Source of the DNA: Eledone cirrhosa
Lineage: Eukaryota
Assembly (NCBI GenBank): GCA_964016885.1
Contig: OZ024745.1
Coordinates: 114,080,001-114,144,000, forward strand
Length of the DNA: 64,000 bases
Direction of reading: 5' to 3'
The notes beneath the pieces are model-generated. The model saw only the letters and a program-made list of their open reading frames with translations, had not been told where the DNA came from and did no database searches. Shown here in pieces: positions 1 to 13,616 of the stretch (positions within the stretch are counted from its first letter, which is position 1; every line of letters begins with the position of its first letter). The translations under genes were made by a program, and so were the position numbers.

Positions 1-266
1 TCTTTCTTGCAATATTTGTTGGTTTCTAAATATGTACATATGGACGTGTTTTGTGTGTCTATGCGTGTGTGTGTGTGTTGATGCGCATGCGTATGAGAAC
101 ATAAAAACATTCGAGCACATAAATACAAGAAACATAAAATATGCTGACTCCAAATTTTTCGAAAGTAAACTTTACTGACAGACTCTTAGAAAAACACACA
201 AATACACACATACACACACTAACACACAGATATACATATATATGTGTGTGTGTGTGTGATAATTTC

Positions 267-333
<67 letters not shown>

Positions 334-354
334 CTGCATATATATATTTCTATA

Positions 355-500
355 TTTCGTTTTTGAATTTGTTTAGCAAGATTCCTTATCTGAAAACGTG
401 TGTTGAAACCGATATTGTTATACTTTGGGAGGGCCATGTTGCCAATAAGGAACCAATAAGGAACACACGCACCAGTCGTTTTCACTTCAATTTATTATAA
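355..500. repeat. Short interspersed repeat beside (TA)n, copy 1 (copy 2 at ~20936-21050)
   Basis: About 100 nt near-identical (gaatttgtttagcaagatt...ctgaaaacgtgtgttgaaaccgatattgttata...acacacgcacc) at both loci, each next to a TA tract. Confidence 0.75.
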
Positions 501-1059
501 ATTTCCGGTTGGTTGGTTGGTTGGTTCTATAACCGGATGGTTGTTCACATATTGTCAAAGTTCTTTCGTCACACATTCTGTGACCTCTTCAGTGACTGGG
601 GATTATTTTCTTTATTTTATTTTTTTATTTTGTGCCTCTCCTTTGTTCTGTCCTATGCCATCTTGTTTTTGTGTGTGTTGTGTGCTTAGTTTGCGCATGT
701 GTAACATCCGGGTGTCTGTGTGGGTTTTTATTTGTTTATTTATTTGTTCATTTACATGTCGCTAGTTGGTTGTTTTTTCTATGTGTGTGTGATATATATA
801 CATATATACATGCCTACATACATATATAAGCTTTTTTTTGTGTGTCTGTATGTTTTCATTTTGTCTTTAATTATAAGTTGTGATGTTGCTATTCCATTCA
901 TGTTTTCTATTTAATTTGGTTGGAGTTTATTTATGTTTATTGCCTCTGTGATTTGTCTAAACATTGCGTCTTTTCTGTGTATTATATATATTTCTGTATA
1001 TATATACATATATATGTATATACATATATATATATGTATACACGTATATATATATATGT

Positions 1060-1114
<55 letters not shown>

Positions 1115-1188
1115 CGTATGTATATATATATATTTACATATATATGTATATATACATTTACATATATATATACATATATATATGCATA

Positions 1189-1228
<40 letters not shown>

Positions 1229-2065
1229 GATGCGTGTGTGTATATATTTTTACATACACAAATTTATTGTGGAAATTGAGTGATAGAAAATGTAAAACGT
1301 AGAAGCAGTCTTTCATATTCTATTTAACATTTTTAAACAGAATTTTTAATAGGCTGAAAACTTATTCCATCTACATATATGCATTAGTAATGAGGGATGG
1401 AAAGATTAGAAGCAAAGGAAAATTACTGCTACCACTGTACATCAGAGTGATTTGAGATTTCGTTGAGTGTATTACTATACGCCGGAAAAGGAAATCTTAT
1501 ATAACGAGGAGAACTTTACGACAGAAACTAGTTCAAGAAATTAATCGCATCAGAATTTACCAAACGAAAGAAAAACGCGAGAGATTTAATGACAGCGTGA
1601 AATCATAGGAACAATAATTTTTTAATGCTATTTTGAAAGCTTTGAATACGGCATTTCATGGCAAATATCAGATATGGTCATTATAGGGAATTTATTGTGA
1701 GAAATGACTGAGACAAATTGAAAAGTAAAACATACTGTACGACACTCTAAAATTCATCGAATTGTGTAAGTAGTTCTTGCAATACGGTCCCTTGGCGGAA
1801 CTAGAATAGGCATCACCGGTTGCATCCAAGCGTACTCAACAGATAATGTTAAATAAACTCAGAGAGTACACATAGTTACTCGCTTCAATGCAACGCACGT
1901 AAACGGGTGCCTCCAATTGTTCCCGAACTCGAGTTTCGGCCACACTTAATGCAGCAGTAGAGTGCACTGCACCTTCTGTCCGCATATATTATGCAACAAT
2001 GCACAATCGGTGCACGTGGGTATATATATATATATATTTTATATATGTTTTCATATACACCTCTC

Positions 2066-2146
<81 letters not shown>

Positions 2147-2184
2147 GGGGGGGAGAAAGAGAGAGAGAGGGAGAGAAAGAAAGA

Positions 2185-2233
<49 letters not shown>

Positions 2234-2397
2234 GTATATGAAAACATATATAAAACGTTTATACATAATATAAACGTTTATACAATATATATATGGCTGA
2301 CTGAATACGCACGTGTGTTTTTTTTCTCAATTTGTTTTCCGTTCCTTCCTCTTCTCAGTCTCTATCTTTTTATTTCATCTTTTATTTCTCATTCTAT

Positions 2398-2430
2398 CTT
2401 CTGATGAAGGACTATTGTCCGATACTTGAA
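2398..2430 (+). ncRNA. Degenerate hammerhead-like motif (Penelope pLTR type)
   Basis: CTGATGA 2401-2407, extra A, hairpin ggac-tatt-gtcc, then GATA instead of GAAA; T-rich tail runs into TA/CA repeats. Confidence 0.5.
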
Positions 2431-2579
2431 TACTCTTTTCCTATTATTTCAAGCGTTAAACTAATATACCTCTTCAATGTACTGTGTCGTTTACTTTGTT
2501 ATTTCAGATTAATTTTTACATATATACGTACATAGATGTATACAAACACACGCGCACATACTCACACACACGCACACAT

Positions 2580-2618
<39 letters not shown>

Positions 2619-2846
2619 CATTCACACATACATATGCATTACTATTACGAGTCTAATATATGTAGGTGGTGGTGAAAGGTTAGAATAACCAATATGTCGC
2701 AATTTCACCTGTGGTTTTCAGTTTGTATGCATATGTGTGCGATGTGAGAGAGAGACAAAGAGGTAAAGGGGAGGAAATAGAGGGAGAGAAAGAAATAAAG
2801 AAAAGGATAGAGGCGGGGGGTGAGAGAGAAAGAAACAATAGAGAGA

Positions 2847-2881
<35 letters not shown>

Positions 2882-3956
2882 GGGGGGTAAGAGTGATTAA
2901 TTGATCAGTCAAATATTCTAGGCAGTTGGCCAAGTTGTATGGACTATAAACAACGTAAAGTTGACTTGAAAGAAGTTGGCTCCAAAATGATACTGCGGTC
3001 TGATTAACTTCGATATTTGTCATTGCTCATTGATCATCATTCTAGTAGAGCTCTTTGTTATTTAGACGGCGCCGCCAACATTTTACATTTCACTGCCGTG
3101 CAAGAATCATTTGGAACGAGCGAGCTCATCATTGCTTAATCGCTGTGTTCAGTAGTCTGGATATTATATTCCCATTACATACATAGCTAACTAACTAACT
3201 AACTAACTAACTAACGAACGAACTAACTAACTAGGTAGTTAGTTAGTTAGTTAGCTATCAAGCTTAACGATAGAAAGAGATCTCAAAACTGATCATCCTT
3301 TAAATACATTAATTACCAAGTTGGTAGTTCGCTTTCATAAACCCCAAACATCTATTATCATCCTCCCCCTCTCCCCATTAAATTACTAATTACGTTTATA
3401 ACAACCACAACACCAACAACAACAGCATCACTGACAACAACAATACTAGCCAACCCCAATAACAATAATAAGTACAGTTCAGCTCTCTTCTATGTTTAGC
3501 ACTGATTAATTCTTTGTTAAGAGATACTGTTTCATATCGCTACATAATAACACTTTCTATATTCAGTCACCAATTAAAGTGTCTGGGAAATATTATAACT
3601 GAAGGCAACTGTTGTCTGTCATAAGTGTAAATTGAGTTAATTCGGTTCATTTCAATGTCTACTACATTTAATAAATCCTCAGGTGTAAAGATATATTTCT
3701 ATATTTCTTAGATGAGATATTATATCTAGAATAGTAAACGTTAATTAGTCTATTAACTTCATTTCTTCTCTATGTATGCTTCTGGTTGAGATGTATGCGT
3801 GTATGAATGTACGCGTGTATATATGTATGCATGCATGCTTGTATGTAAATATTCATGCATGCATGTATGTGAGAATGTATGTATGTATGTATGTATGTAT
3901 GTATGTATGTATGTATGTATGTATGTATGTATGTATGTATGTATGCATGTATGCAT

Positions 3957-4519
3957 GGTCGGGTCGTCGGCGACTAAACCGGCAACCCCACCAAGTTTAC
4001 TTGGTGAGGAGGGTGATTTTGGACACCCTGCAGGACAAAATCAAAACCTGACAAAGGGCGGAATAACTCATAAGAGTCAACAGCCATCCAAAAGTGTGTA
4101 AATATGTATATACACATGTACATATGTATGTATATGTATATATACATGGGCGCATGTGTATGTATATGCGCGGGGACATAGAAATAGTCGGGCTGGACAC
4201 CCGATCGCACGATTAAATCACTGTGAGTGAAGGACCCCGAGCCTTTGTCAGGGCATTCTTCTAGGAGAAGGCAACTCAAGAAACTGGGATAACTCCGATA
4301 TAAAACCTGCGGCTCAGTCGTTACCGGTGATGTTGATCTTTTCTTCTTTTCGGGTTCTAGCTACTGTCGCTCAGAGAGTGGGATTGGCTCAGTGCACAGT
4401 CTTTCCTCACTTTAAAAAATATCTTCACGCACAGGCATTGCACGATAGAATTAATTAATAATTATTAATAATGGTATATCGTGCAATGGCCATACTCGAT
4501 AACGAGGGGGCAGCCATAA
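3957..4519 (+). mobile_element. Non-coding RTE-derived (bipartite SINE-like) element flanked by (TATG)n
   Basis: GC-rich island between two (TATG)n tracts; RTE 5'UTR-like motif TCTAGGAGAAGGCAACTC at ~4260; 3' hairpins (cattgcacgata...tatcgtgcaatg; atggc..ctcg-ataa-cgag..gccat) run directly into (GTAT)n. Confidence 0.55.
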
Positions 4520-4967
4520 TGTATGTATGTATGTATGCACATATATGTATGCAATCATACATGTATATACCTCTGCATGTATGTATGCATATGTATGTAT
4601 GTATTTATGTATGAATGTATATGTTTCGAGTGTAAATGACTCCTGGCTTAGTCGTGTGGTTACATGGATAGCATGCTACAATTTGGGCCAAACGCATCCG
4701 ATTATTCTTAAGCATCATAACGCAACATATCACTGCTGAAGGGAGAGATACTGCTGGAGGATGCTGTAAACGTTTTGATGTCCATTGTAAGTTGTATGTC
4801 AAATTAAGAAACGGATAATAATAATAATAATATTTACTATAATTATTATTATATTTGAATTTTGCTTTGTCTTTGTACTAGCAGACTCCAAGTTTCACTC
4901 ATAGACCTCAAGAGATAGTAAGTTATAAGTTCAAGCAGGCATTATAACTAGGATGTTTAGGGCAACA

Positions 4968-5180
4968 GATTGGCAGAATCGGTAGTGTGTCGGACACCAT
5001 GCTTTGTAGCATAGAGTTACCACCCTTTATGTTCTGAGTTCAAATCTCGCCGAGGTTAACTTTGCCTTCTATCCTTACGGAGTCGATAAAATAAAGTACC
5101 ACTAACATACTTAGATCGATTTAATCGACTTTCCTCTTCCCCAAAATTGCTGGCCTTGTGCCTAAAGTAGAAATCATTAT
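4968..5180 (+). mobile_element. tRNA-derived SINE (Deu/Nin-domain-like family)
   Basis: A-box-like tggcagaatcgg, B-box gagttcaaatc, core aactttgcctt..atccttacgg.gtcgataaaataaagtacc, tail ttgctggccttgtgcc. Confidence 0.8.
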
Positions 5181-5449
5181 GACTAGGTTGTTTGATAATT
5201 GTCATGCTTTGGGGAAGAATGCAATTTGCTGATAGAGATTTGTGTTTTAATTGAGTGCCTTGGATTCGAAAGTACTGTTCTAAAAAATATCTGTCAAAAC
5301 ATAATAACATTATAAGCTTGTTTAAAAGTAGTTGTTTGGTGCTAAAATAATAGTATGACTATAACATTACGATAAAAGGTATTTGCTGTTATATACATTT
5401 AAAAGTGTTTTTCATAATAAGTGAAAACAAAGATTGTTTTGGAGTTACA

Positions 5450-5795
5450 CTATTTTGGTAAGATATGAACAATCACCATGAGTACTATTTTCTGAATTTC
5501 TTCCAATTTGAGATTCTTCGTCATTTGAGATAGATATTAATCAGCCTCTTTTGCTATTATTCCTTCGACACCTACAACGATGAGTTAGGTCTAATTTGGT
5601 TTTCCTACATTTTACCAATTTCTATTTCAAGATCATTGTCCTTGCTTAATTTTTGGTAAAACTTCACATATACATTTATATTAATTAAGTCTGTGATGTT
5701 GATAAGGAGGCATGATTTTCGTCTACTATCCTTCAATATAATGTCTGGCATATTTGCATCGGTCTTTCTGTTGTTTGAACAGAAAAGTTTCATGG
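5450..5795 (-). pseudogene. Decayed R4/Dong-like non-LTR retrotransposon, restriction-like endonuclease region
   Basis: Translation ANMPDIILKDSRRKSCLLINIT...KLSKDNDLEIEIGKM resembles the PD..D motif and K-YxDLxIEI segment of RLE LINEs. Confidence 0.6.
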
Positions 5796-5964
5796 GGGAG
5801 GGATAGGATCTTTTTCAAGCAGTAAAGGTGGTTTATAATCCCACCAGTTTTTATTATGGGGCAGGTCCAGGTCTTTGCAAATTACCTAGTGGATATACTG
5901 TCCAGCTCTATCATGCCTGTTGAGATACTCGAAGGGTGCACGGAGACAATGCGATTGAGAGTTC

Positions 5965-6143
5965 CTGTATCGGTAAAGGGTCGGACGCCATGCTTTGCAG
6001 CACAGAGTTACGGTCCTTTACGGTCTGAGTTCAACTACCGCTAAGGTTAACTTTGCCTTTCAACTTTACGGGATCAATGAAATGTAGCACCACTAATGCA
6101 TTGGGATAATTGCTGGCCTTGTGCCAAAACTAGAAACAATTAT
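5965..6143 (+). mobile_element. tRNA-derived SINE (same family as 4968)
   Basis: Colinear with the other copies, ending gctggccttgtgccaaaactagaaacaattat. Confidence 0.8.
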
Positions 6144-7132
6144 TTACATACTTTACATGTCGGGCTGCTTATTTTCTTTACGATATTGGCCTAATAGCTT
6201 CTTGTAGGAAGGCATTGATTCTAGGCTGCATTGTTAGTTCTCCCTGGGTATTTACTATGAAGAGCTATTTCTGCCATTTGTAGGTAAGACTGCATTTTTA
6301 ATAAGGGTTTTCATGTATTTGGCTTTCCCTGTGATTGTTCTTAGGTCATCTAATTATGAAACTTCTTGTATTTGGAATTCATTTAAATATTTTCTAGCCT
6401 CTTGTTACTGAATATAATTTTTTGTTGTTTTCATGCTTTAAAACAAAGGCGGCGAAGACTCAGGAGTCAATATCACTTGCTATACTCATGAACTTAACAC
6501 TCATGTAAACCAACTTTATCGGTCGAATCAATGATTATTTTCAAGCTACATAAAGACAATTTTCACAGCACTACTTTGTTATATCCTAATGATTTGTGCT
6601 ATTATTGAAATATGTTATTTACCTTTCATATAACCCTCACTCACAGTTCATATCTTTAATTCTAGCCTTACCGATAACCTAACTAGATTCAGGACATTCG
6701 GTGACTTACTGTAATTAAAGCAATACATTCACCAAAAATTGTTAATTGTGTAGCACGAAGCTGCTATAAAGTTTTATATTGTTTTATCTGTTTTTAAATT
6801 TTTCATCTTGTTTTATTTACTTTACAATCCCATTGAAAAGCAAAGGCGACTTTGTAAAACCGACATGGAATTTTGATAAATCAAAGAAGATTTAAATGTT
6901 TTAAAAAAAAACGAAGTACTCTTTCAACTTGATACTTTTAATATATATCTACTTATGGTGAAGAAATTTAGAAAAAGAAACATATATATATATCTGAGGT
7001 ATCTGATCTTGAATGCGAAGAAATACCAATGATGGCTAGTAGATCACTGATGATGGATAGTCCTGGCTTCTCTTTCTAATTTTTAATTCATATGTATCAC
7101 ATTCGCAACAACACAGCACACCATTTTTCATT

Positions 7133-7190
<58 letters not shown>

Positions 7191-7196
<6 letters not shown>

Positions 7197-7661
7197 TAAA
7201 CTCAAAATAGTCTTTTACAATTAAATAGCTCAAAGAAGGGAATATTTCTGAGCCGGGTAATACAAATGAATATATGAGGGGGATGAGCACTGATACAAGT
7301 ATACATGTGTTCGCATTGCAAATGACTAAGTTAGCTAGGTTGAAAAATACTAATTTAAAATAATACGGTTTGCCTGTCTCGATTTAATTTAAAATAATAA
7401 ATCAATAAAAATAACAAACCTATATTGGCAATAGCCGAGATACCCGGACAAATTTTTAATTTGAGGAATAGTAACTTTCACTTAATTGTTGCGAAACAAA
7501 TTTAAAATTTGTCCGGGTATCACGGCCATTGCCAATATAGGTTTGTTATTTTTATTGATTTATTATTTTAAATTAGTATTTTTCAATCTAGCTAACTTAG
7601 TCATTTGCAATTGGAACACATGTATACTTGTATCAGTGTTCATCCCTATCATATATCCATT

Positions 7662-7664
<3 letters not shown>
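7191..7664 (+). mobile_element. Fold-back TA-inserted element with hammerhead remnant (7461-7521)
   Basis: Inverted arms ~7260-7463 and ~7497-7664; (T)TGAGGA 7461-7467, GAAA 7493-7496, stem III caaattt/aatttg, GTC 7511-7513. Confidence 0.65.
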
Positions 7665-7739
<75 letters not shown>

Positions 7740-7804
7740 TATATAGATATATAGATATATATATATATATAGATATATAGATAGATATATATATATATAT
7801 CTAT

Positions 7805-7950
<146 letters not shown>

Positions 7951-8118
7951 TATATATATATAATATATATAAATATATATAAAAAAAGCACTTTCATTTT
8001 ATATTCATCTTTTCTACATTTTCTCCGGAATATAATTTATACTCGTTGAGCAAACCTACACGTACGCTGTTCATCTCTAACGTAACGATATATTATCACT
8101 ACATTATTCATAACCTGA

Positions 8119-8163
<45 letters not shown>

Positions 8164-8229
8164 GCGGTGCACCAGCATGGCCACAGACTAATGAATGAAA
8201 GCAAAAATATCAATAATTAAAGAAATTTT

Positions 8230-8693
8230 GGATGCAATATTATCTGCATACCTGGTTCAGACGTTATCTACCAACGCTTCCCACTTCATTCTATAGATCA
8301 CCCTGAACCTGCTAGTTATGTGGACCTTCTTTGGCTTTAGGTAGTCTCAGGCTACAGATAACTAAATGGGGATCAGTTGACAGCTTAGCTCTTAACACGA
8401 ACATCCAACACAGAATCGAAAAGATCAGAGACAATAACGAAATCAATTATTGATATCTGTCCCTGATTCCAAGTATACGATATATATTTATTGATGTCTC
8501 TGTGCTGGAAGAAGGTGTTCATAATTGAGAATCGATTGCTAGAACAGAATTCTAATAAGGCCTCTCTATTCGTATGTATATAGGGGCTGCCGTTTCTTCC
8601 AATTACTTCGTTTTATCTCAGGTGGTCAGTGTCAACATGTGTATTGAAATCTCTCATCAGGATATATGGCTCAGTCTTAACTACATCTATCGC

Positions 8694-8697
<4 letters not shown>
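8230..8697 (-). pseudogene. RTE LINE apurinic-endonuclease fragment
   Basis: Minus strand reads [57 protein letters not shown] with stops and frameshifts. Confidence 0.75.
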
Positions 8698-9479
<782 letters not shown>

Positions 9480-9483
<4 letters not shown>

Positions 9484-9761
9484 GCTGTAAGGGAGCATCC
9501 CAAAAGTCAGCTCAAAAGTGACACAGAGGAGACTGAGGTTAGCTGGACATGCTCACCGACATCCAGAGTTGACATTGCACTCAGTGCTCCTGTGGGAGCC
9601 CCTACATGGACACACTAGAAGAGGAAGACCAAGGTTAACGTATGTTGATGCCCTAAGGACAGACACTGGTCTGTTGGAGACGCAGGACATGGCAGCGATA
9701 ATGAGGGACAGAGACCGCTGGAGAGAACTCGTCCATGGATCTCGGGAATTTTACCCGCCTT

Positions 9762-9762
<1 letters not shown>
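9480..9762 (+). mobile_element. 5'-truncated RTE-type LINE 3' end in (TA)n, copy 1
   Basis: [38 protein letters not shown]; near-identical copy at 49848-50232. Confidence 0.8.
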
Positions 9763-9795
<33 letters not shown>

Positions 9796-9799
<4 letters not shown>

Positions 9800-10060
9800 A
9801 GTATATGTTGGTTGTATGATTCCAGTTCCTCGGTGAAATAACAACCAGGAACTGGGCATATCAGAGTATTGACAAAGTTATACACCTCAACAACATGTGT
9901 ACTCGTCTCTACCACACTAATTCGGACTGCCTGAAGAGGTCACAGCCAAAGATGGCTGTCACCGAAATATATATAGCAGTAATAAACGAAGCCAAATTTT
10001 AAACATTTGACTTATTTATTTTATTTTATTTTATTTTATTTTATTTTATTTTATTTTATT

Positions 10061-10061
<1 letters not shown>
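9796..10061 (+). mobile_element. Hammerhead element family 1, copy 1
   Basis: Between TA tracts; homologous copies at 26549-26787 and 46471-46802. Confidence 0.85.
9926..9980 (+). ncRNA. Type I minimal hammerhead ribozyme, intact core
   Basis: Stem I actgc/gcagt, CTGAAGA 9931-9937, stem II ggt.acagcca-aaga-tggctgt.acc, GAAA 9964-9967, palindromic TATATA stem III, AUA triplet, AATAAA immediately after. Confidence 0.85.
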
Positions 10062-10102
<41 letters not shown>

Positions 10103-10176
10103 CGTGTGTGTGTGTGTGTGTGGGTGTGTGTGTATGTATATATATTTATATATATATATATGTCTGTGTGTATATG

Positions 10177-10273
<97 letters not shown>

Positions 10274-10277
10274 ATAC

Positions 10278-10310
<33 letters not shown>

Positions 10311-10538
10311 AGTGTATTTTGATGATAAATGTTCACCGTACCGGAAATTGTTATGCATCAGGTCGACGCATGATCAAGTTTCAGCTGTTGCTTTTAATTC
10401 TTTTTTTTCAGCTGAGTAGACTAAAGCAGCGTTAAGGAAGGCTCCTTAATCAAAGCTCCTCGGACTCCGATAATGGAACTTCTGATTATTATCCTGACCG
10501 TGAATTCAACACTCTTACCATCAGGATACTTAATAAAT

Positions 10539-10645
<107 letters not shown>

Positions 10646-10653
10646 CACACACA

Positions 10654-10745
<92 letters not shown>

Positions 10746-10918
10746 ATGTGTGTTTGGGCGCGTGTGAGAGAAAGACACAGTGGGAGTGAGAGAGTTAGAC
10801 TTAGTGTTCTTCTACACAATGATATTTGATAGGGGAAGGTATACGGACACGTTTCCATGCCTCAATGTACGTAATATTACAAGGAGGCTATGAGAGAGAG
10901 AAAGAGAGAGAGAGTAGC

Positions 10919-10967
<49 letters not shown>

Positions 10968-11230
10968 TAGCGTGAGAGAGAGAGAGAGAAAGAGAGATGG
11001 CAGGAAGAAAGTAAAAGATGAAAAAGAAGATGCAAGTGGGTGTTAAATGTAACAGGAGAAGGCAGATATATAGTGTTTAGCAATGTAACAGACACACGTG
11101 CCGTACTCCAATGATGTAAATGTCTTAAGAATTCCTTACCTTAGGTCTAACACACGTACACAGCGAGAGAAATACTTTAAAGTATAAGCATGTCTACATT
11201 CTAACTTTCTTTCTTTGTCAGTCTCTCCCT

Positions 11231-11297
<67 letters not shown>

Positions 11298-11370
11298 GTG
11301 TGCCTGTGTGTATTAGTGTATTTGTTCAACTACAGACTCATACATGCCCACGAATACGTATATATGTGTG

Positions 11371-11431
<61 letters not shown>

Positions 11432-11530
11432 TGTGTATATATACGTGTCTGTATGTGTGTGTGTATATATATATATGTGTGTGTGTATATATATATATAT
11501 ATGTGTGTGTATATATATATATATATACAT

Positions 11531-11565
11531 ACATTTATTAGAATGACATACATTTTTGGGACACC

Positions 11566-11617
<52 letters not shown>

Positions 11618-11702
11618 GGTGTCCCAAAAATGTATACGTCATTCTAATAAATGTTGCCGGTACAGGTAATCAAAGTGTGCATACATTTTTGGGGACACCA
11701 TG
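11531..11702. mobile_element. Tc1/mariner-type mini-MITE (11615-11702) plus an inverted partial copy (11531-11568)
   Basis: TA|CAGGGTGTCCCAAAAATGTAT...ATACATTTTTGGGGACACCATG|TA terminal inverted repeats; relative at 35371-35448. Confidence 0.7.
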
Positions 11703-11780
11703 TATTATACACACACACACGCACACACACACACACATGCAAACAGAGACACACACACACACACATATATACATATATAT

Positions 11781-11812
<32 letters not shown>

Positions 11813-11941
11813 AAACTCACTAAATGACATGCCGAGTAATAATTAGCTGCAGAGCACTCTCAATTAAAATATCTCATTTTGACATATGAAGATGTGCGTG
11901 TGAGGTACATTTGTGTCCATTTTACATATACACACACACCC

Positions 11942-12000
<59 letters not shown>

Positions 12001-12954
12001 CCGCCACTACCAGCACCATATATTGAATCCTCGTTAATATCATGACGCAATATGACAATAATTGGTTTTGAAACATAATAATACACACTCAGAAAGAAAT
12101 ATTTCAAGTCGTGTCGCCTAAAGTTTGTAAATATATTAAGTAATACATATATGCCAGACTATTGGCTTCAGTGAGGTAGCACAATTTAAATGTACCAATA
12201 AGCACTGTAGTATGTATTACAGCGCAACTGGTGCTAGTTTGCAAGTTTTGTAGATATTTTCATAATGATTAGATATCTTTGGGTCATATATTTTACACCG
12301 TGGTTTCAAAGGTTAGTAATAGTCTAAAAAAAAAAAAACAGAATCCTATCTGTGAAACAGAAACTGGAATGTGTATGGAACTTAGAACGTGGTGCTTCGT
12401 TGGTTAGAGTTTGTGAAGCGTGTGGTGTGAACTGTAGTCTCGTTGGTATTTAGCACAGCTAAATGCCAACTCCGTACATTTTCTTTGATATATAATATTT
12501 GAGAAAATAGTGACGAAGGGTTCTCTCATTAATGTTTCTTTGGTAACAATTACCGTGGTGTATAAATTGAAAGTGTTGCAGCCAAGCTAGTTCGGCATAT
12601 GGAAATCAAGAATTTCGACACTAGGGACGGATCATTATAGCGATTTAGAAATCAACATGGAATGGTGAAGCAAGCAGTATACCAACTGAGGAAATCGAAT
12701 CATTTATGAAAAACTTATATAACTTAAGTGTGAATGATTCTGATTTCATAATGGGAATATAATGGGAATCAAAATGGGCTTTATTGGAGGTCAAATCTAA
12801 TCGTGGTTTTTGTTCATTTGTGCATACTTTTATGATAAAGAATTCTATAAAATATGTTTATGTTTTATATAGTTACATGATGGTTACAGTATTTCCGTAA
12901 TTCTCTTACTGTTCATCATGTCCAGCGTAGAGTGTATAAGTTTCCAATATCTTA

Positions 12955-13550
12955 TATCTACCTAGTTGATGTGTAAATTCCAATGAGAGAGTCTTGTATC
13001 TATTTTAGAAACCGACTCTCTATTGGCAAAAATGTGTGAAATTATAAAACCAGAAGAACATACATACATGCATACATACATACATACATACATACATACA
13101 TACATACATACATACATACATACATACATACATACATACATACATACATACATACATACATACATACATACATACATGTATGTTAGTAACTGCCTCAATA
13201 CAAATCTTGAGAAGCTAGGTTTCACAGGAACAGAAAGAACACAACTAGTTAGGAAATTGCAAGTACAATCCATTAATGGAACAGTAAAAATATATAAAAC
13301 ATTCCAAAAATGTTGCATCTAATAACTGCATATACACATGTACAGATACTAAGCATATACACATGCACACATACAACTCAAAACATCCACATCCACACAT
13401 ACAATAACATCCATATCTACACATGCATACATACATATCTACCTAGTTGATGTTGTGTAAATTCCAATGAGAGAGTCTTGTGTCTATCTTAGAAACCGAC
13501 TCTCTCTCTATTGGGAAAACTTTGTGAAATTATAAAACCAGAAGAATATA
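12955..13550 (+). mobile_element. Two severely truncated R4/Dong-like LINE 3' ends separated by (CATA)n
   Basis: 13180-13322 encodes LEKLGF..ERTQLVRKLQVQSINGTVKIYKTF, homologous to the end of the 13617 element; terminus duplicated at 12955-13058 and 13437-13550. Confidence 0.65.
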
Positions 13551-13616
13551 CAAAGATACATACATACATACATACATACATACATACATACATACATACA
13601 TACATACATACATACA

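Noticed and set aside
385-462. Possible hammerhead ccttat-CTGAAAA...GAAA...ataagg
   Set aside because: Both copies lack G8, a convincing stem II and an NUH triplet
7040-7070. CTGATGA followed by a small hairpin (similar at 32141 and 53301)
   Set aside because: No GAAA or stem III downstream
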